This document shows positions 12,340 through 21,483 of a DNA stretch of 64,000 nucleotides, piece after piece. The translations under genes were made by a program, and so were the position numbers. The DNA is from Patescibacteria group bacterium (GTDB lineage: Bacteria > Patescibacteriota > Patescibacteriia > Magasanikbacterales > GWA2-37-8): the NCBI GenBank assembly GCA_041649475.1, contig JBAZNA010000001.1:24895-88894 (forward strand), written 5' to 3'. The notes beneath the pieces are model-generated. The model did no database searches. It saw only the letters and a list, made by a program, of their open reading frames with translations, and was not told the origin of the DNA. The stretch's first letter is position 1. Each line of letters opens with the position of its first letter.

Positions 12340-12381
12340 TCAGCCGCTTGGATGATCTGAGTAAAATATTGATGTCTTCAT
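12340..12381 (-). CDS. Putative 13-aa leader peptide MKTSIFYSDHPSG
   Basis: ATG..TGA with A-rich context AACTAAACCATATG like other starts here; last codons overlap the antiterminator strand. Confidence 0.4.
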   Translation of the reverse strand: MKTSIFYSDHPSG

Positions 12382-12494
12382 ATGGTTTAGTTATGTAAGA
12401 AATCATTTACTACCCAGAGGTCCAAGCTGGTACGATTTGTATCCAGAAAGTGTGGACATGGTTCCCTAAAGTTAGGGTTTTCTATCGCTTGAAC

Positions 12495-12522
12495 ATTATA
12501 ACACTTGGCAAAATTTTGTCAA
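12495..12522 (-). promoter_or_regulatory. rRNA promoter
   Basis: Consensus TTGACA-16 nt-TATAAT on minus strand; perfect DnaA box at 12532-12540 upstream. Confidence 0.85.
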
Positions 12523-12560
12523 GCCCTGGAATGTGGATAAACAGTGGACAATTCTGGTGT

Positions 12561-13115
12561 TCAAACCTGCTCCTCTGTAATGAATACCGCGGCGGCAATG
12601 CAGGTTGTCCAAAGCCCGTATTTATTACACTGGGCTGATTGGCAAATATTGGTTGTTTTGATAATCTTTCCGCTTGCCTTATATTCCTGTTCCCTCTCAT
12701 TCCAGGCCTTTTCCGTGTCAAACTCTATACCGAGCGTGGTGGCCAACATAGTGGCAGCCAAATCCTCGGCATACTCGCCGGCTTTTTCATCTGTCTCGCC
12801 AAAAGCATGGTGTTCAGAAAGATAACCGTAAGTATCTTTGTCTGTGGGCAGAGCCAAGCCGATGGCGGCTGATATCAATCTGTTTGGTTCGTTGGTTTCC
12901 ACCCTGGCCATGACGCAAAAAGTTATCTGGCCTGCCTTTAAATTTGCGACCCCCTTTGCTCGGGGAATTATTTTGCATCCCGGAGGAAAAATGCTGGACA
13001 CGTAAACCAAATTTTGATTTTCAATGCCGGCGCTCCGAAGCGCCGCCTCAAAGGATGCCAATTTGTCTTTGTGCACGCCCACACCCTTCACGAAAAAAAT
13101 ATTTTTTGGGATCAT
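12561..13115 (-). CDS. pdaD: Pyruvoyl-dependent arginine decarboxylase
   Basis: [22 protein letters not shown] self-cleavage motif; GYLSEHH; [15 protein letters not shown]. Confidence 0.9.
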   Translation of the reverse strand: MIPKNIFFVKGVGVHKDKLASFEAALRSAGIENQNLVYVSSIFPPGCKIIPRAKGVANLKAGQITFCVMARVETNEPNRLISAAIGLALPTDKDTYGYLSEHHAFGETDEKAGEYAEDLAATMLATTLGIEFDTEKAWNEREQEYKASGKIIKTTNICQSAQCNKYGLWTTCIAAAVFITEEQV

Positions 13116-13120
13116 AAAAA

Positions 13121-13411
13121 TTAGATATCTTCTTTAAAAATTATTATGCAACTGCCAATTTTTTCATCAACTCTGGCTATTACACTTTGTAACTCCGGGA
13201 TTTTTAACAATTCCAGCACCTTTTTTCGTAATATTCCTTCGCCGATTCCATATATAATCCGGACCATCTCTTTATCCAAATGATAATTTTCCAAAACAAA
13301 ACCCCTGACATCTTCCTCATTAAAAAGAGACATTTTTTCATGCAAATCCAGCTCGGGCATTTTGGCTCCAAGCTCGGCGGCAAATGATTTTGCTTCAATA
13401 CTGTCAGACAT
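13121..13411 (-). CDS. Hypothetical protein (96 aa)
   Basis: Start trimmed to MSDS because the longer ORF runs into tRNA-Leu; ends 5 nt before pdaD. Confidence 0.6.
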   Translation of the reverse strand: MSDSIEAKSFAAELGAKMPELDLHEKMSLFNEEDVRGFVLENYHLDKEMVRIIYGIGEGILRKKVLELLKIPELQSVIARVDEKIGSCIIIFKEDI

Positions 13412-13414
13412 AAG

Positions 13415-13497
13415 TGCTGGAGGAGGGACTCGAACCCTCACGCCTTACGGCATTAGTTCCTAAAACTAACGTGGATACCAAGTTTCACCACTCCAGC
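13415..13497 (-). tRNA. tRNA-Leu(TAG)
   Basis: GCTGGAG/CTCCAGC; TTAGT-TT-TAG-GA-ACTAA; long variable arm GCCGTAAGGC. Confidence 0.93.
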
Positions 13498-14148
13498 TTA
13501 ATTACGGCTATTTTCTTGTTGTCTCAAAAATTCTTTTGCCCGGCTATACTTTCTTTCCAAACTAGCCGGAAAACGTGAATAGTATAACAAATCTACTAAT
13601 TTTGTCGAGTCCCTCTTGGCATAAGCAAGCACATGTATACCACCACCAACAGTAAAATATCCTTTTATACCATCTTTTTCAGTCATACTTTTTACCCAAA
13701 CCAAAAAAGGTTTACTGGCCGAAACTAAACGAATTCTAAATTGTGGAAGCTTGCTTTCAGGATGCCTAAAAGAATCAATGGTGCCGTCGCCGTCTATACA
13801 CCCTCTTAAAAAATCATAGAAATACTTATCTGGAATATTCAACTCTCCTAAAGTTTTAGATTTCTTTGGCATCAACCCAATACTCAATAAAAATTTATAA
13901 AATAAAACATCCCCAAATTGTATGACATAATAATTTCTATCTTTCCTGCCATAACCGCATTTGCTTTTGATACCAATTTTATTACTCAGCCCCAAATATT
14001 TTTTATACAACTCTATAAAATCTAAATCCTTAGACGTAAAACTAATATGTCTGCCATCTGTAGACAAATTTCCGTCAGTCACAATCAAACCTATAACATA
14101 GGCAAACTCCGGTGACCATTCAATTTTTACTTTTGCGAGTGGTTTCAT
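13498..14148 (-). CDS. Free-standing LAGLIDADG homing-endonuclease-like protein (two motifs)
   Basis: FAYVIGLIVTDGNL and FLRGCIDGDGTI, C-terminal LERK; probable start MKPL with TATGAT 6 nt upstream. Confidence 0.85.
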   Translation of the reverse strand: MKPLAKVKIEWSPEFAYVIGLIVTDGNLSTDGRHISFTSKDLDFIELYKKYLGLSNKIGIKSKCGYGRKDRNYYVIQFGDVLFYKFLLSIGLMPKKSKTLGELNIPDKYFYDFLRGCIDGDGTIDSFRHPESKLPQFRIRLVSASKPFLVWVKSMTEKDGIKGYFTVGGGIHVLAYAKRDSTKLVDLLYYSRFPASLERKYSRAKEFLRQQENSRN

Positions 14149-14234
14149 GTCAGAATCATACCACAGCAAAAATGAAGAATGGATAAAAATAAAATAAACT
14201 GCTTTTGGCAGTTTATTTTATAATAATTGTTGTT

Positions 14235-16466
14235 TTATCTTCCTCTTCCACCATGTCCGCCGCCTCTACCACCTCGTCCGCCACCGCCAAATCCGCCTCG
14301 TCCACCGCCACTGCTTCTTTCAAATGCCGGCCTTTCCACATAACCCTCCGGCTTTTCAAGCAAGGCTTTCATACTCAAGTTGGTGCGGCCTAAATTATCA
14401 ATTTCCTTCACTTTAACTTTCACGCGATCGCCTAATTTTAGCACGTCGCTTGGCTTGTTCACTCGGTCATAACTGATTTCACTGACATGAACCAAACCGT
14501 CCTGACCGGGCAAGATGTTCACAAAAGCGCCAAAGTCCTCCAAACGGACCACGGTGCCTTCATAAATTTCTCCGGCAGTCACTTCATGGGTCAATTCTTT
14601 AATCCAATTGACGGCTTTTTCCATGCCAGTGGCATCCGAAGACGTCACAAACACACGGCCATCATCTTCTATATCTATAGACACACCGGTTTCGGCAATA
14701 ATCTTGTTGATTATCTTGCCGCCCGGGCCGATCACATCACGGATCTTATCCGGATTAATATTAATGGTAATAATTCTCGGTGCATACTGTGACATTTCCT
14801 TTCTCGGTTCGGCAATCACGCCTTTCATAAAGTCCAAAATCTTGATTCTGGCTGATTTTGCCTCCGCAAAAGTTTTCTTCACAATATCCCAGCTTAAACC
14901 ATCGGTCTTGGTATCCATCTGAATGGCAGTGACGCCATCACGAGTGCCGGCAATCTTAAAGTCCATACCGCCCGGCCCATCTTCAACATCCTGCAAATCA
15001 GTTATCAGTTTCCAACTGCCTTTTTTATCGCTGGCCAAACCCATGGCAATCCCGGCCACCGGCTTCTTCAAAGGCACACCGGCATCCATTAGAGCCAAGG
15101 TTGAACCGCAGGTTGAAGCCATTGAACTGGATCCGTTTGAACCAAGCACTTCAGAAACAACCCTGATTGCATAAGGAAAATCGGCTTCAGCGGGAAGCAT
15201 TGGTTCAACCGCCCGTTCGGCCAAAGCGCCATGACCAATGGCACGATTACCCGGTCCGCGCAAAGGTCCGGCTTCACCGTAAGTGGCCGGCGTATCATTA
15301 TAATGATGCATGTACCGTTTCTTGCCTTCTTCTTCCATAGTGTCTAATGTCTGCACATCGCCGGGAGCGCCCAAAGTGACTACAGACAAAACCTGGGTAT
15401 CGCCTCGCATAAACAGACCGGTGCCATGAGTGCGCGGCAAAAGTCCGATTTCCGCTTTCAATTCTCTAACCTCATCAAGTTTTCTGCCGTCCAGCCGCTC
15501 TCCTTTTTCCAAAATACGGCTAGTAATCTCTTTTTCAACATAGATTTTTACCCGGCCGAGTACAATCTTTTTTATGGTTTCATCAACTTCTTTTTCATCA
15601 AGCATTTCGCCAATGGCCTTGCTGAATTTTTCAATCATCAACACCCTTTCGGCTCTGCCCTTTTTAGGTGCCTCAAAAATCCAATCATCAACATGGCTGG
15701 CTACAAATTTTTCCGCTTCTTTTTCAACTTTGCGCAATTCCAATTCTTTTTCATCGGCAATCTGGGAAAGATCCAGTTTGGCCTTGCCAACTTCTTTTTG
15801 AATTTTATTTATCAGATCCAAAATCGGTTTGAGTTCCTTGGCCCCAAATTGCATAGCGCCAATAACTTCATCTTCCGGGGTTTCTTTACAGCCCGCTTCC
15901 ACCATAATCACTTTATCCGGCGTACCGGCTACCACTAAATCAACACTGCCGGTTTCCCTCTCCGCAAAGGTGGGGTTAATTTTCCATTTGTCCTCAATCT
16001 TACCAATTCTAACGCCGGCAATCGGACCCTGCCACGGGATTTCAGAAATTGACAGGACGATTGCGGCCGCAATCATGGCCGGTATCTGCGTATCATTCTC
16101 GCCGTCATAGGACAAAGCAGTTAAAATCACCTGCACGTCATTGCGCATGGTTTCATCAAACAGTGGTCTGATAGCACGATCAACCAAACGACCGGAAAGT
16201 ACCGCCTCTTCGCTCGGTCTGCCTTCGCGCTTGATAAACCTACTGCCCTTAATTTTTCCGGCCGCATATAATTTTTCCTCAAAATTCACCATCAGCGGGA
16301 AAAAATCTATGCCGTCGCGGGTGGTCTTACTCATCACGGCGGTAGCCAAAAGCACGGTGTCGCCATAGCGAACCGTACAAGACGCATTGGCCTGAAGAGC
16401 CAATTTACCAACTTCAATAGAAAGGGTGCGTCCGCCCCATTCTATGGACCAGTTTTTTACTTCCAT
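14235..16466 (-). CDS. pnp: Polyribonucleotide nucleotidyltransferase (PNPase)
   Basis: DFFPL, RLVDRAIRPLF, SNGSSSMAS, MDFKIAG, KH (VIGPGGK) and S1 domains; Gly/Arg-rich tail. Confidence 0.98.
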   Translation of the reverse strand: MEVKNWSIEWGGRTLSIEVGKLALQANASCTVRYGDTVLLATAVMSKTTRDGIDFFPLMVNFEEKLYAAGKIKGSRFIKREGRPSEEAVLSGRLVDRAIRPLFDETMRNDVQVILTALSYDGENDTQIPAMIAAAIVLSISEIPWQGPIAGVRIGKIEDKWKINPTFAERETGSVDLVVAGTPDKVIMVEAGCKETPEDEVIGAMQFGAKELKPILDLINKIQKEVGKAKLDLSQIADEKELELRKVEKEAEKFVASHVDDWIFEAPKKGRAERVLMIEKFSKAIGEMLDEKEVDETIKKIVLGRVKIYVEKEITSRILEKGERLDGRKLDEVRELKAEIGLLPRTHGTGLFMRGDTQVLSVVTLGAPGDVQTLDTMEEEGKKRYMHHYNDTPATYGEAGPLRGPGNRAIGHGALAERAVEPMLPAEADFPYAIRVVSEVLGSNGSSSMASTCGSTLALMDAGVPLKKPVAGIAMGLASDKKGSWKLITDLQDVEDGPGGMDFKIAGTRDGVTAIQMDTKTDGLSWDIVKKTFAEAKSARIKILDFMKGVIAEPRKEMSQYAPRIITININPDKIRDVIGPGGKIINKIIAETGVSIDIEDDGRVFVTSSDATGMEKAVNWIKELTHEVTAGEIYEGTVVRLEDFGAFVNILPGQDGLVHVSEISYDRVNKPSDVLKLGDRVKVKVKEIDNLGRTNLSMKALLEKPEGYVERPAFERSSGGGRGGFGGGGRGGRGGGHGGRGR

Positions 16467-16496
16467 ATTTTTCCTTTCTGAAGTTGATGTGGGAGC

Positions 16497-17087
16497 TTAA
16501 GACCTCTTATTTAAAGGTCTATGTGTCCCCGCACCAGCTTCTTTATGATTATATCTTTTATCTGTAATTAAAAACTTTCCTTTGTCTTCACTCAAATTAA
16601 TAAAATCATCAGCTGCTTCAATTAATTTTCCGGAGGTTGTTCCGCCAAAAGCCATCACTTCAACCTGTTTTCCCTGGTTTCGCAAAAATTCAATCAAGGG
16701 TATATAGTCGCCATCGCCGGAAACCAGCACAATCGCGTCTAAACTCGGCGACAAACGAATGGCGTCAACTGTAATGCCGACATCCCAATCAGCTTTTTTT
16801 TCTCCGCCATAAAAAATCTGCAAAGGTCTTTCTTTCGTCTCAATACCCAGGTTATACAAGGCATCAAAAAACGGCTGTTCTTCCTTGCTTTCAGTGCTGA
16901 CAACATAAGCAATGGCTCTAACCAGCTTTCGGCCGGCAATTGCCTCTTTGACTATGTTACCGAAGTTAACCTTGGCGCCAAATAAATTTTTGGCACTGTA
17001 GTACATGTTCTGTACATCTATAAACACCCCTACTCTTTGTTCGGGGTGCTTCAGAGGATTATTTTTTTTATTCAATTGCGGGTTCAT
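16497..17087 (-). CDS. NYN (LabA/DUF88, PIN-like) domain protein
   Basis: VFIDVQN, KADWDVGITVD, LVSGDGDY, ADDF. Confidence 0.9.
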   Translation of the reverse strand: MNPQLNKKNNPLKHPEQRVGVFIDVQNMYYSAKNLFGAKVNFGNIVKEAIAGRKLVRAIAYVVSTESKEEQPFFDALYNLGIETKERPLQIFYGGEKKADWDVGITVDAIRLSPSLDAIVLVSGDGDYIPLIEFLRNQGKQVEVMAFGGTTSGKLIEAADDFINLSEDKGKFLITDKRYNHKEAGAGTHRPLNKRS

Positions 17088-17436
17088 GGCCTGGACTCAT
17101 TATATCTACTTCTTCTCCAAGATCTTCTTCAACCGTACTGGGAGTGCCATCCGGTTTAAGGATAACTCTTGGAGCTTTTATCTTTAACTTTTTAACTAGT
17201 GTTTCGTAACTTTCCGGATTCTCTTTTTTCAAATAACGCATCAAATGCCTACGGCTGCTGACCTTTCGCAGTAACCCCCGACGAGAAGAGTGATCCTTCG
17301 GGTGTTTCTTTAAATGATCCACCAGTTCCTCTATTTCAGACGCCAAAATGGCAATTTGAACCTCGTTAGAACCGGTATCTCCGGCATGGGTCTGGTATTT
17401 CTTAATTATCTGCTGCTTTTTCTTTTTATCCAGCAT
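17068..17436 (-). CDS. rpsO: 30S ribosomal protein uS15 with acidic C-terminal extension
   Basis: DTGSNEVQIAIL, HLKKHPKDHSSRRGL. Confidence 0.95.
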   Translation of the reverse strand: MLDKKKKQQIIKKYQTHAGDTGSNEVQIAILASEIEELVDHLKKHPKDHSSRRGLLRKVSSRRHLMRYLKKENPESYETLVKKLKIKAPRVILKPDGTPSTVEEDLGEEVDIMSPGHEPAIE

Positions 17437-17535
17437 ACATATATATGTTACCGAGCTGACAAGAGTATGTTTCTTGGCAGTCCGTCCCTGATCAATTCCG
17501 CCAATTGGCGAAGGTCAGGACTAATTAATGGCTGT

Positions 17536-17564
17536 AGGATAACCTACTAAGACAAAAATGTCAA
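17536..17564 (-). promoter_or_regulatory. Promoter of the rpsO-NYN-pnp operon
   Basis: TTGACA-17 nt-TATCCT followed by a structured ~90-nt leader. Confidence 0.7.
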
Positions 17565-17567
17565 GCA

Positions 17568-17924
17568 TTACTTTACCGCCAGCCGACTGATTACAAAGTT
17601 AGAAATTGCATACGCGGCCAATATAATTATCAGACCAATAATGCCGGCCTCCAGGGCGTTTTTTGCTTTCTTGGCATATTCTTCATTACCGCGCGCAGTC
17701 ATCCACCTGAAACCGGTGTAAAACATAATTCCTAAAAAAACGATCGCCAGCAGGGCTAAAAACAGGTTTATTCCTTGACCCACAAATGTGTAAACATCTG
17801 ATTGCTGGTATCCGGCCTTAGACGCGGTCTGACCCAGACCATATTGGGCCAAGGCCGGCACCGCAAACATAAACAGAAGTGGTATAATAAATATAACCAT
17901 TTTTTTAGCTATCTTTTTAGGCAT
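17568..17924 (-). CDS. VirB2/TrbC-like pilin
   Basis: Signal peptide, two TM helices, GFRWMTARGNEE..KKAK...GIIGL...AY motif; start approximate. Confidence 0.85.
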   Translation of the reverse strand: MPKKIAKKMVIFIIPLLFMFAVPALAQYGLGQTASKAGYQQSDVYTFVGQGINLFLALLAIVFLGIMFYTGFRWMTARGNEEYAKKAKNALEAGIIGLIIILAAYAISNFVISRLAVK

Positions 17925-18015
17925 ATTTAACAAATACTTGGTTTAAGTCGCGGTTATTATAGCACATCTTGATTTTTTCGTAAAAATAAGGTATAATATG
18001 TCTGCTTTAAATATC

Positions 18016-18087
18016 GGCCCCGTAGTTCAATGGATAAAACACCGGCCTTCTAAGTCGGATATCTAGGTTCGATTCCTAGCGGGGTCA
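18016..18087 (+). tRNA. tRNA-Arg(TCT)
   Basis: GGCCCCG/CGGGGTC; CCGGC-CT-TCT-AA-GTCGG. Confidence 0.93.
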
Positions 18088-18112
18088 CTGGATAATTATT
18101 TATCCTAAACAT

Positions 18113-18188
18113 GGTGTCCATGGTATAACGGTTATTACGTCGGTTTGTGGTACCGACAATCTGGGTTCAACTCCCAGTGGACACCCCA
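18113..18188 (+). tRNA. tRNA-His(GTG)
   Basis: G-1, GTGTCCA/TGGACAC acceptor, C discriminator, encoded CCA; anticodon arm carrying GTG. Confidence 0.92.
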
Positions 18189-18191
18189 AAT

Positions 18192-19280
18192 ATGGCCTAT
18201 TCAAAAAAACTGCTGATTGTCTCATGCTCTACCGGTTCAGGACACGGCCGGGCCGCGGAAGCCCTGCGGCTAAGCTGCCAAAAGTTATACCCCGATGTCC
18301 AAGCCCTGCATATTGACTTTGCCGACTATTCCAGCTGGATAGCCCGGGTTTCAATTATAAATTCTTATAATTTTTTTATTTCGCGCGCGCCCGGACTTTT
18401 CGGTTATATTTATAAATTATCAGATAATTTTGCCATCCAACCATTTTTTAAAGTTGCCAAATTTTTTCTCCGCCAGGGCGTGAGAAAATTTTTAAAAAAA
18501 CTGAAAGAATACCAGCCCGATCACATTATTTCAACCCATTTTCTGCCCCAGCTGGTTTTACCGATTGAATATCCAACTCCCATTGATGTGGTAATAACTG
18601 ATTATCACGCTCACCGTATCTGGCTCTCACCAAACACCAGAAAATTTTTTGTAGCTTCAGACCAGGTTAAAACCGAATTGGAAAAATTGGGAATAAAAAG
18701 TATTGTTTCCGGCTTGCCGGTGCACCCAAAATTTTTTAGGGAAAGAGACACTCAAAAACTAAAAGAGGAATTCGGTATAAATAACGGTCTGCCCACTATT
18801 TTGATGATGCCCGCTTATCGGGGCGAACTTAAGGCCAAAGAGATTGTTAATACAATCTTTTCTTATGACAAAAATGTAAATGTAGTAGCCATTTCCGGCC
18901 ATAATAATGAGCGGGTCTTTGAAGAACTGGCCAACATAAAAAAGAGTGGACAAAAAAATCTGATTGTAATAAAAAGAGCGGAAAACATAGACGACTGGAT
19001 GCGAGTGGCGGATATTATTGTCAGTAAAGCCGGCGGACTGACTGTAACTGAAGCTATGTTTTTACAAAAACCAATAATAATAATAAATCCAATCCCGGGC
19101 CAGGAGGTATTCAATATGGAATATCTGATTAAGAGCGGTTATGGATTCGGAGCCGAGTCGTGCGATGATCTGGCTAAAAAAATTGAAAAAATACTAGCCA
19201 ATCCGGGCATAATCAAAAAACCGGCGCCTAGCCGGTCCAATGAAATAATTTTGACAGAGGTTCTAAAAAAAGAGGAATGA
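18192..19280 (+). CDS. MGDG synthase/UgtP-like GT28 glycosyltransferase (glycolipid synthesis)
   Basis: STGSGH..AAEAL, PDHIISTHF, VITDY..H..W, SKAGGLTVTEA, PIPGQE..N; start moved to the ATG after tRNA-His. Confidence 0.88.
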   Translation: MAYSKKLLIVSCSTGSGHGRAAEALRLSCQKLYPDVQALHIDFADYSSWIARVSIINSYNFFISRAPGLFGYIYKLSDNFAIQPFFKVAKFFLRQGVRKFLKKLKEYQPDHIISTHFLPQLVLPIEYPTPIDVVITDYHAHRIWLSPNTRKFFVASDQVKTELEKLGIKSIVSGLPVHPKFFRERDTQKLKEEFGINNGLPTILMMPAYRGELKAKEIVNTIFSYDKNVNVVAISGHNNERVFEELANIKKSGQKNLIVIKRAENIDDWMRVADIIVSKAGGLTVTEAMFLQKPIIIINPIPGQEVFNMEYLIKSGYGFGAESCDDLAKKIEKILANPGIIKKPAPSRSNEIILTEVLKKEE

Positions 19281-19637
19281 TGATGTTGCGCCGGTTATTG
19301 CATTAAATACAAACCAGGTAATTGAATAGGACACCAAAATTATAGCCAAGCCAATCACGCTGGCCATTAAAATCTTCTTGGCTTTAGCAATATTATCTTC
19401 ATTGCCGCCGGCAGTCATCCATAAAAAACCGGCATAAACCGTAAGGACAATAAAAATTGTACCGAGCAACCCCAAGGCCACATAAATTATTTGAGCAACT
19501 ATCAAACGCGGATCAACCGGCGCGCCCAAATTTCCGCCTTGCATTCCGGCTGCGGCTTGGAGTTGTCTATTGGCTTCGGAACCTGGCCCGGAGCCGCCTT
19601 CATAAAAAATTTGAGCGAGAACTTTGTGCATAAACAA
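19263..19637 (-). CDS. VirB2/TrbC-like pilin
   Basis: YAGFLWMTAGGNEDNIAKAKKIL..SVIGL. Confidence 0.85.
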   Translation of the reverse strand: MFMHKVLAQIFYEGGSGPGSEANRQLQAAAGMQGGNLGAPVDPRLIVAQIIYVALGLLGTIFIVLTVYAGFLWMTAGGNEDNIAKAKKILMASVIGLAIILVSYSITWFVFNAITGATSSFLFF

Positions 19638-19640
19638 TAA

Positions 19641-20237
19641 TTATGGGCAAGGATTGGCGCAGTTATTCCAAACACTGCCGCCATCTTTTATACATTGATT
19701 TTCCGCATTCACCCTTTGCGGATCTCCGGAATTAGGCAAATTAATGGCGCCGTAACTGGGATCGCATTGATGAGTGGTGGAAAAACAACAGCCCCTGGCC
19801 CCGTTTATTCCCTCAACAGTAGTTTCATCGTAACCGCCAACCACATTGCCTGTCGGCGAAGTGGCGCTATATAAATAATTAGTCACAAAATAGGTAATGC
19901 TGTACGCGGCCAGAACTATCACTAAGCCAATCACACTGGTAGTTAAAATCTTTTTAGCTTTGGTAATCGGCTCTTCATCACCAGCCGCGGTCATCCACAA
20001 AAAGCCGGCATAAACCGTCAGGGCTAAAAAAATCATCCCTACCAGTCCTAAAACTATACTAATAATCATACCAACGGTTTGGGATAGAGTTGTGTCTGTC
20101 ACACCCGCGGTTTGATAACCGCTCTTCTGGGCAATCTGGCTGGTGAGATCATTAATATTTGGGGCGGCCAAAACCGGCCCTGCCATTAAGGCAGAGGCAA
20201 AAATTATTGCTAATAAAATTTTTAAATAAATCTTCAT
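19641..20237 (-). CDS. VirB2/TrbC-like pilin with Cys-rich C-terminal domain
   Basis: YAGFLWMTAAGDEE core; tail GCCF..C...C...GGSVW..C...CP. Confidence 0.85.
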   Translation of the reverse strand: MKIYLKILLAIIFASALMAGPVLAAPNINDLTSQIAQKSGYQTAGVTDTTLSQTVGMIISIVLGLVGMIFLALTVYAGFLWMTAAGDEEPITKAKKILTTSVIGLVIVLAAYSITYFVTNYLYSATSPTGNVVGGYDETTVEGINGARGCCFSTTHQCDPSYGAINLPNSGDPQRVNAENQCIKDGGSVWNNCANPCP

Positions 20238-20248
20238 GTTACGAATAT

Positions 20249-20641
20249 TTAATTTGCCAAGCCGCTTGGATTTGAATTTGATACACTGCCACCCAATTTG
20301 GTAGTTACAAAATAGGTGATCGCGTAGGCCGACAAAACGATTACCAAACCGATAATACAGGTTTTTAAAGTTGTCTTGGCTGTCTCAATGCGCTTCTCTT
20401 CCCCGGCCGCGGTCATCCACATAACACCGGCGTAAATTGTTAAGCCCAAAAATACTGTACCAACAAGCGACAGAGCCACTTTGATAACATTAGCCACAGA
20501 GGTGGTGAGGTCAGATTGTAAACCGGTTCCACCGGCGGCTTTCTGCAGATTTCCGGTAGCTGCCCCAAGCTGGGCATTGGCAATTAAAGGTATACCGGCG
20601 AGCAAACAAATTGATATGGCGATAAGAAAAAGTTTTTTCAT
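20249..20641 (-). CDS. VirB2/TrbC-like pilin
   Basis: YAGVMWMTAAGEE...AK..L...IIGL. Confidence 0.85.
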   Translation of the reverse strand: MKKLFLIAISICLLAGIPLIANAQLGAATGNLQKAAGGTGLQSDLTTSVANVIKVALSLVGTVFLGLTIYAGVMWMTAAGEEKRIETAKTTLKTCIIGLVIVLSAYAITYFVTTKLGGSVSNSNPSGLAN

Positions 20642-20653
20642 ACTAAAAAAATA

Positions 20654-21418
20654 TTAATGACAATCTGCTGAACAATTACCACCTGTATAGTAAGCTTTCC
20701 CCCCAAGGTCAGTACAGGTCTGCTGATCAATCGCCGCACAATAATATCCACTCTGGCCATTCATACAACACTCTCCGGATTCAGGTGCAACCGGCTTATT
20801 GCATGGTAAAATACTCCACGACCCGCCGGTACACTGTTCTTCTGTCATCATACCAATCAAACCACCACTGGCATTACAACAATAGCCATTACCCGCCGGG
20901 GCTTGCCCGCCGGTGGGACATGGTCCCAAGACAAAAACACCACTACCGCCGCAGTCGGCCTGTGAGGCCACATTAACACCGTTTACTCCGGGAAAGGTAC
21001 AGCACCCGGCAGTATCATTTCCCGCCGGAGGGTTGCTTCCTGCGCCTCCTGCGCCCCCCGTAGTTCCGGCCACATTCTTAAACAAGAAGGTGGTAATCGC
21101 ATACGCTCCCAGAACAATCATAAGTCCAATCCCAGCCGCTTCCATTATGCTTTTGGCCGTGTCCACTTTCTTTTCATTTCCCAAAGCCGTCATCCATAAA
21201 ATGCCGGCGTAGAGAATCAACAGGAAAAAAATCACGCCCAAAAGCGACAGGCCCACTCCCACTACATTTCCAACAATAGAAGGGATATCAGTTCCCAATT
21301 TTGAAGTTTTTAAGTCCGACGGCGCGGCCGCCCCCAAACCATAATCATCAGCCAAAACTACCACCGGTATGGTTAGAATGCTTACAAGAGCCAAGACGAT
21401 AAGAAATTTTTTCAACAT
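20654..21418 (-). CDS. VirB2/TrbC-like pilin with three Cys-rich repeats
   Basis: YAGILWMTALGNE core; C-terminal GCC/YCC/ECC repeats. Confidence 0.85.
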   Translation of the reverse strand: MLKKFLIVLALVSILTIPVVVLADDYGLGAAAPSDLKTSKLGTDIPSIVGNVVGVGLSLLGVIFFLLILYAGILWMTALGNEKKVDTAKSIMEAAGIGLMIVLGAYAITTFLFKNVAGTTGGAGGAGSNPPAGNDTAGCCTFPGVNGVNVASQADCGGSGVFVLGPCPTGGQAPAGNGYCCNASGGLIGMMTEEQCTGGSWSILPCNKPVAPESGECCMNGQSGYYCAAIDQQTCTDLGGKAYYTGGNCSADCH

Positions 21419-21483
21419 ATAGATTATTCAATTGTCATCGCAAACGAACATGTTCACTTGAAATGACAGCAGAACAACTTCCG

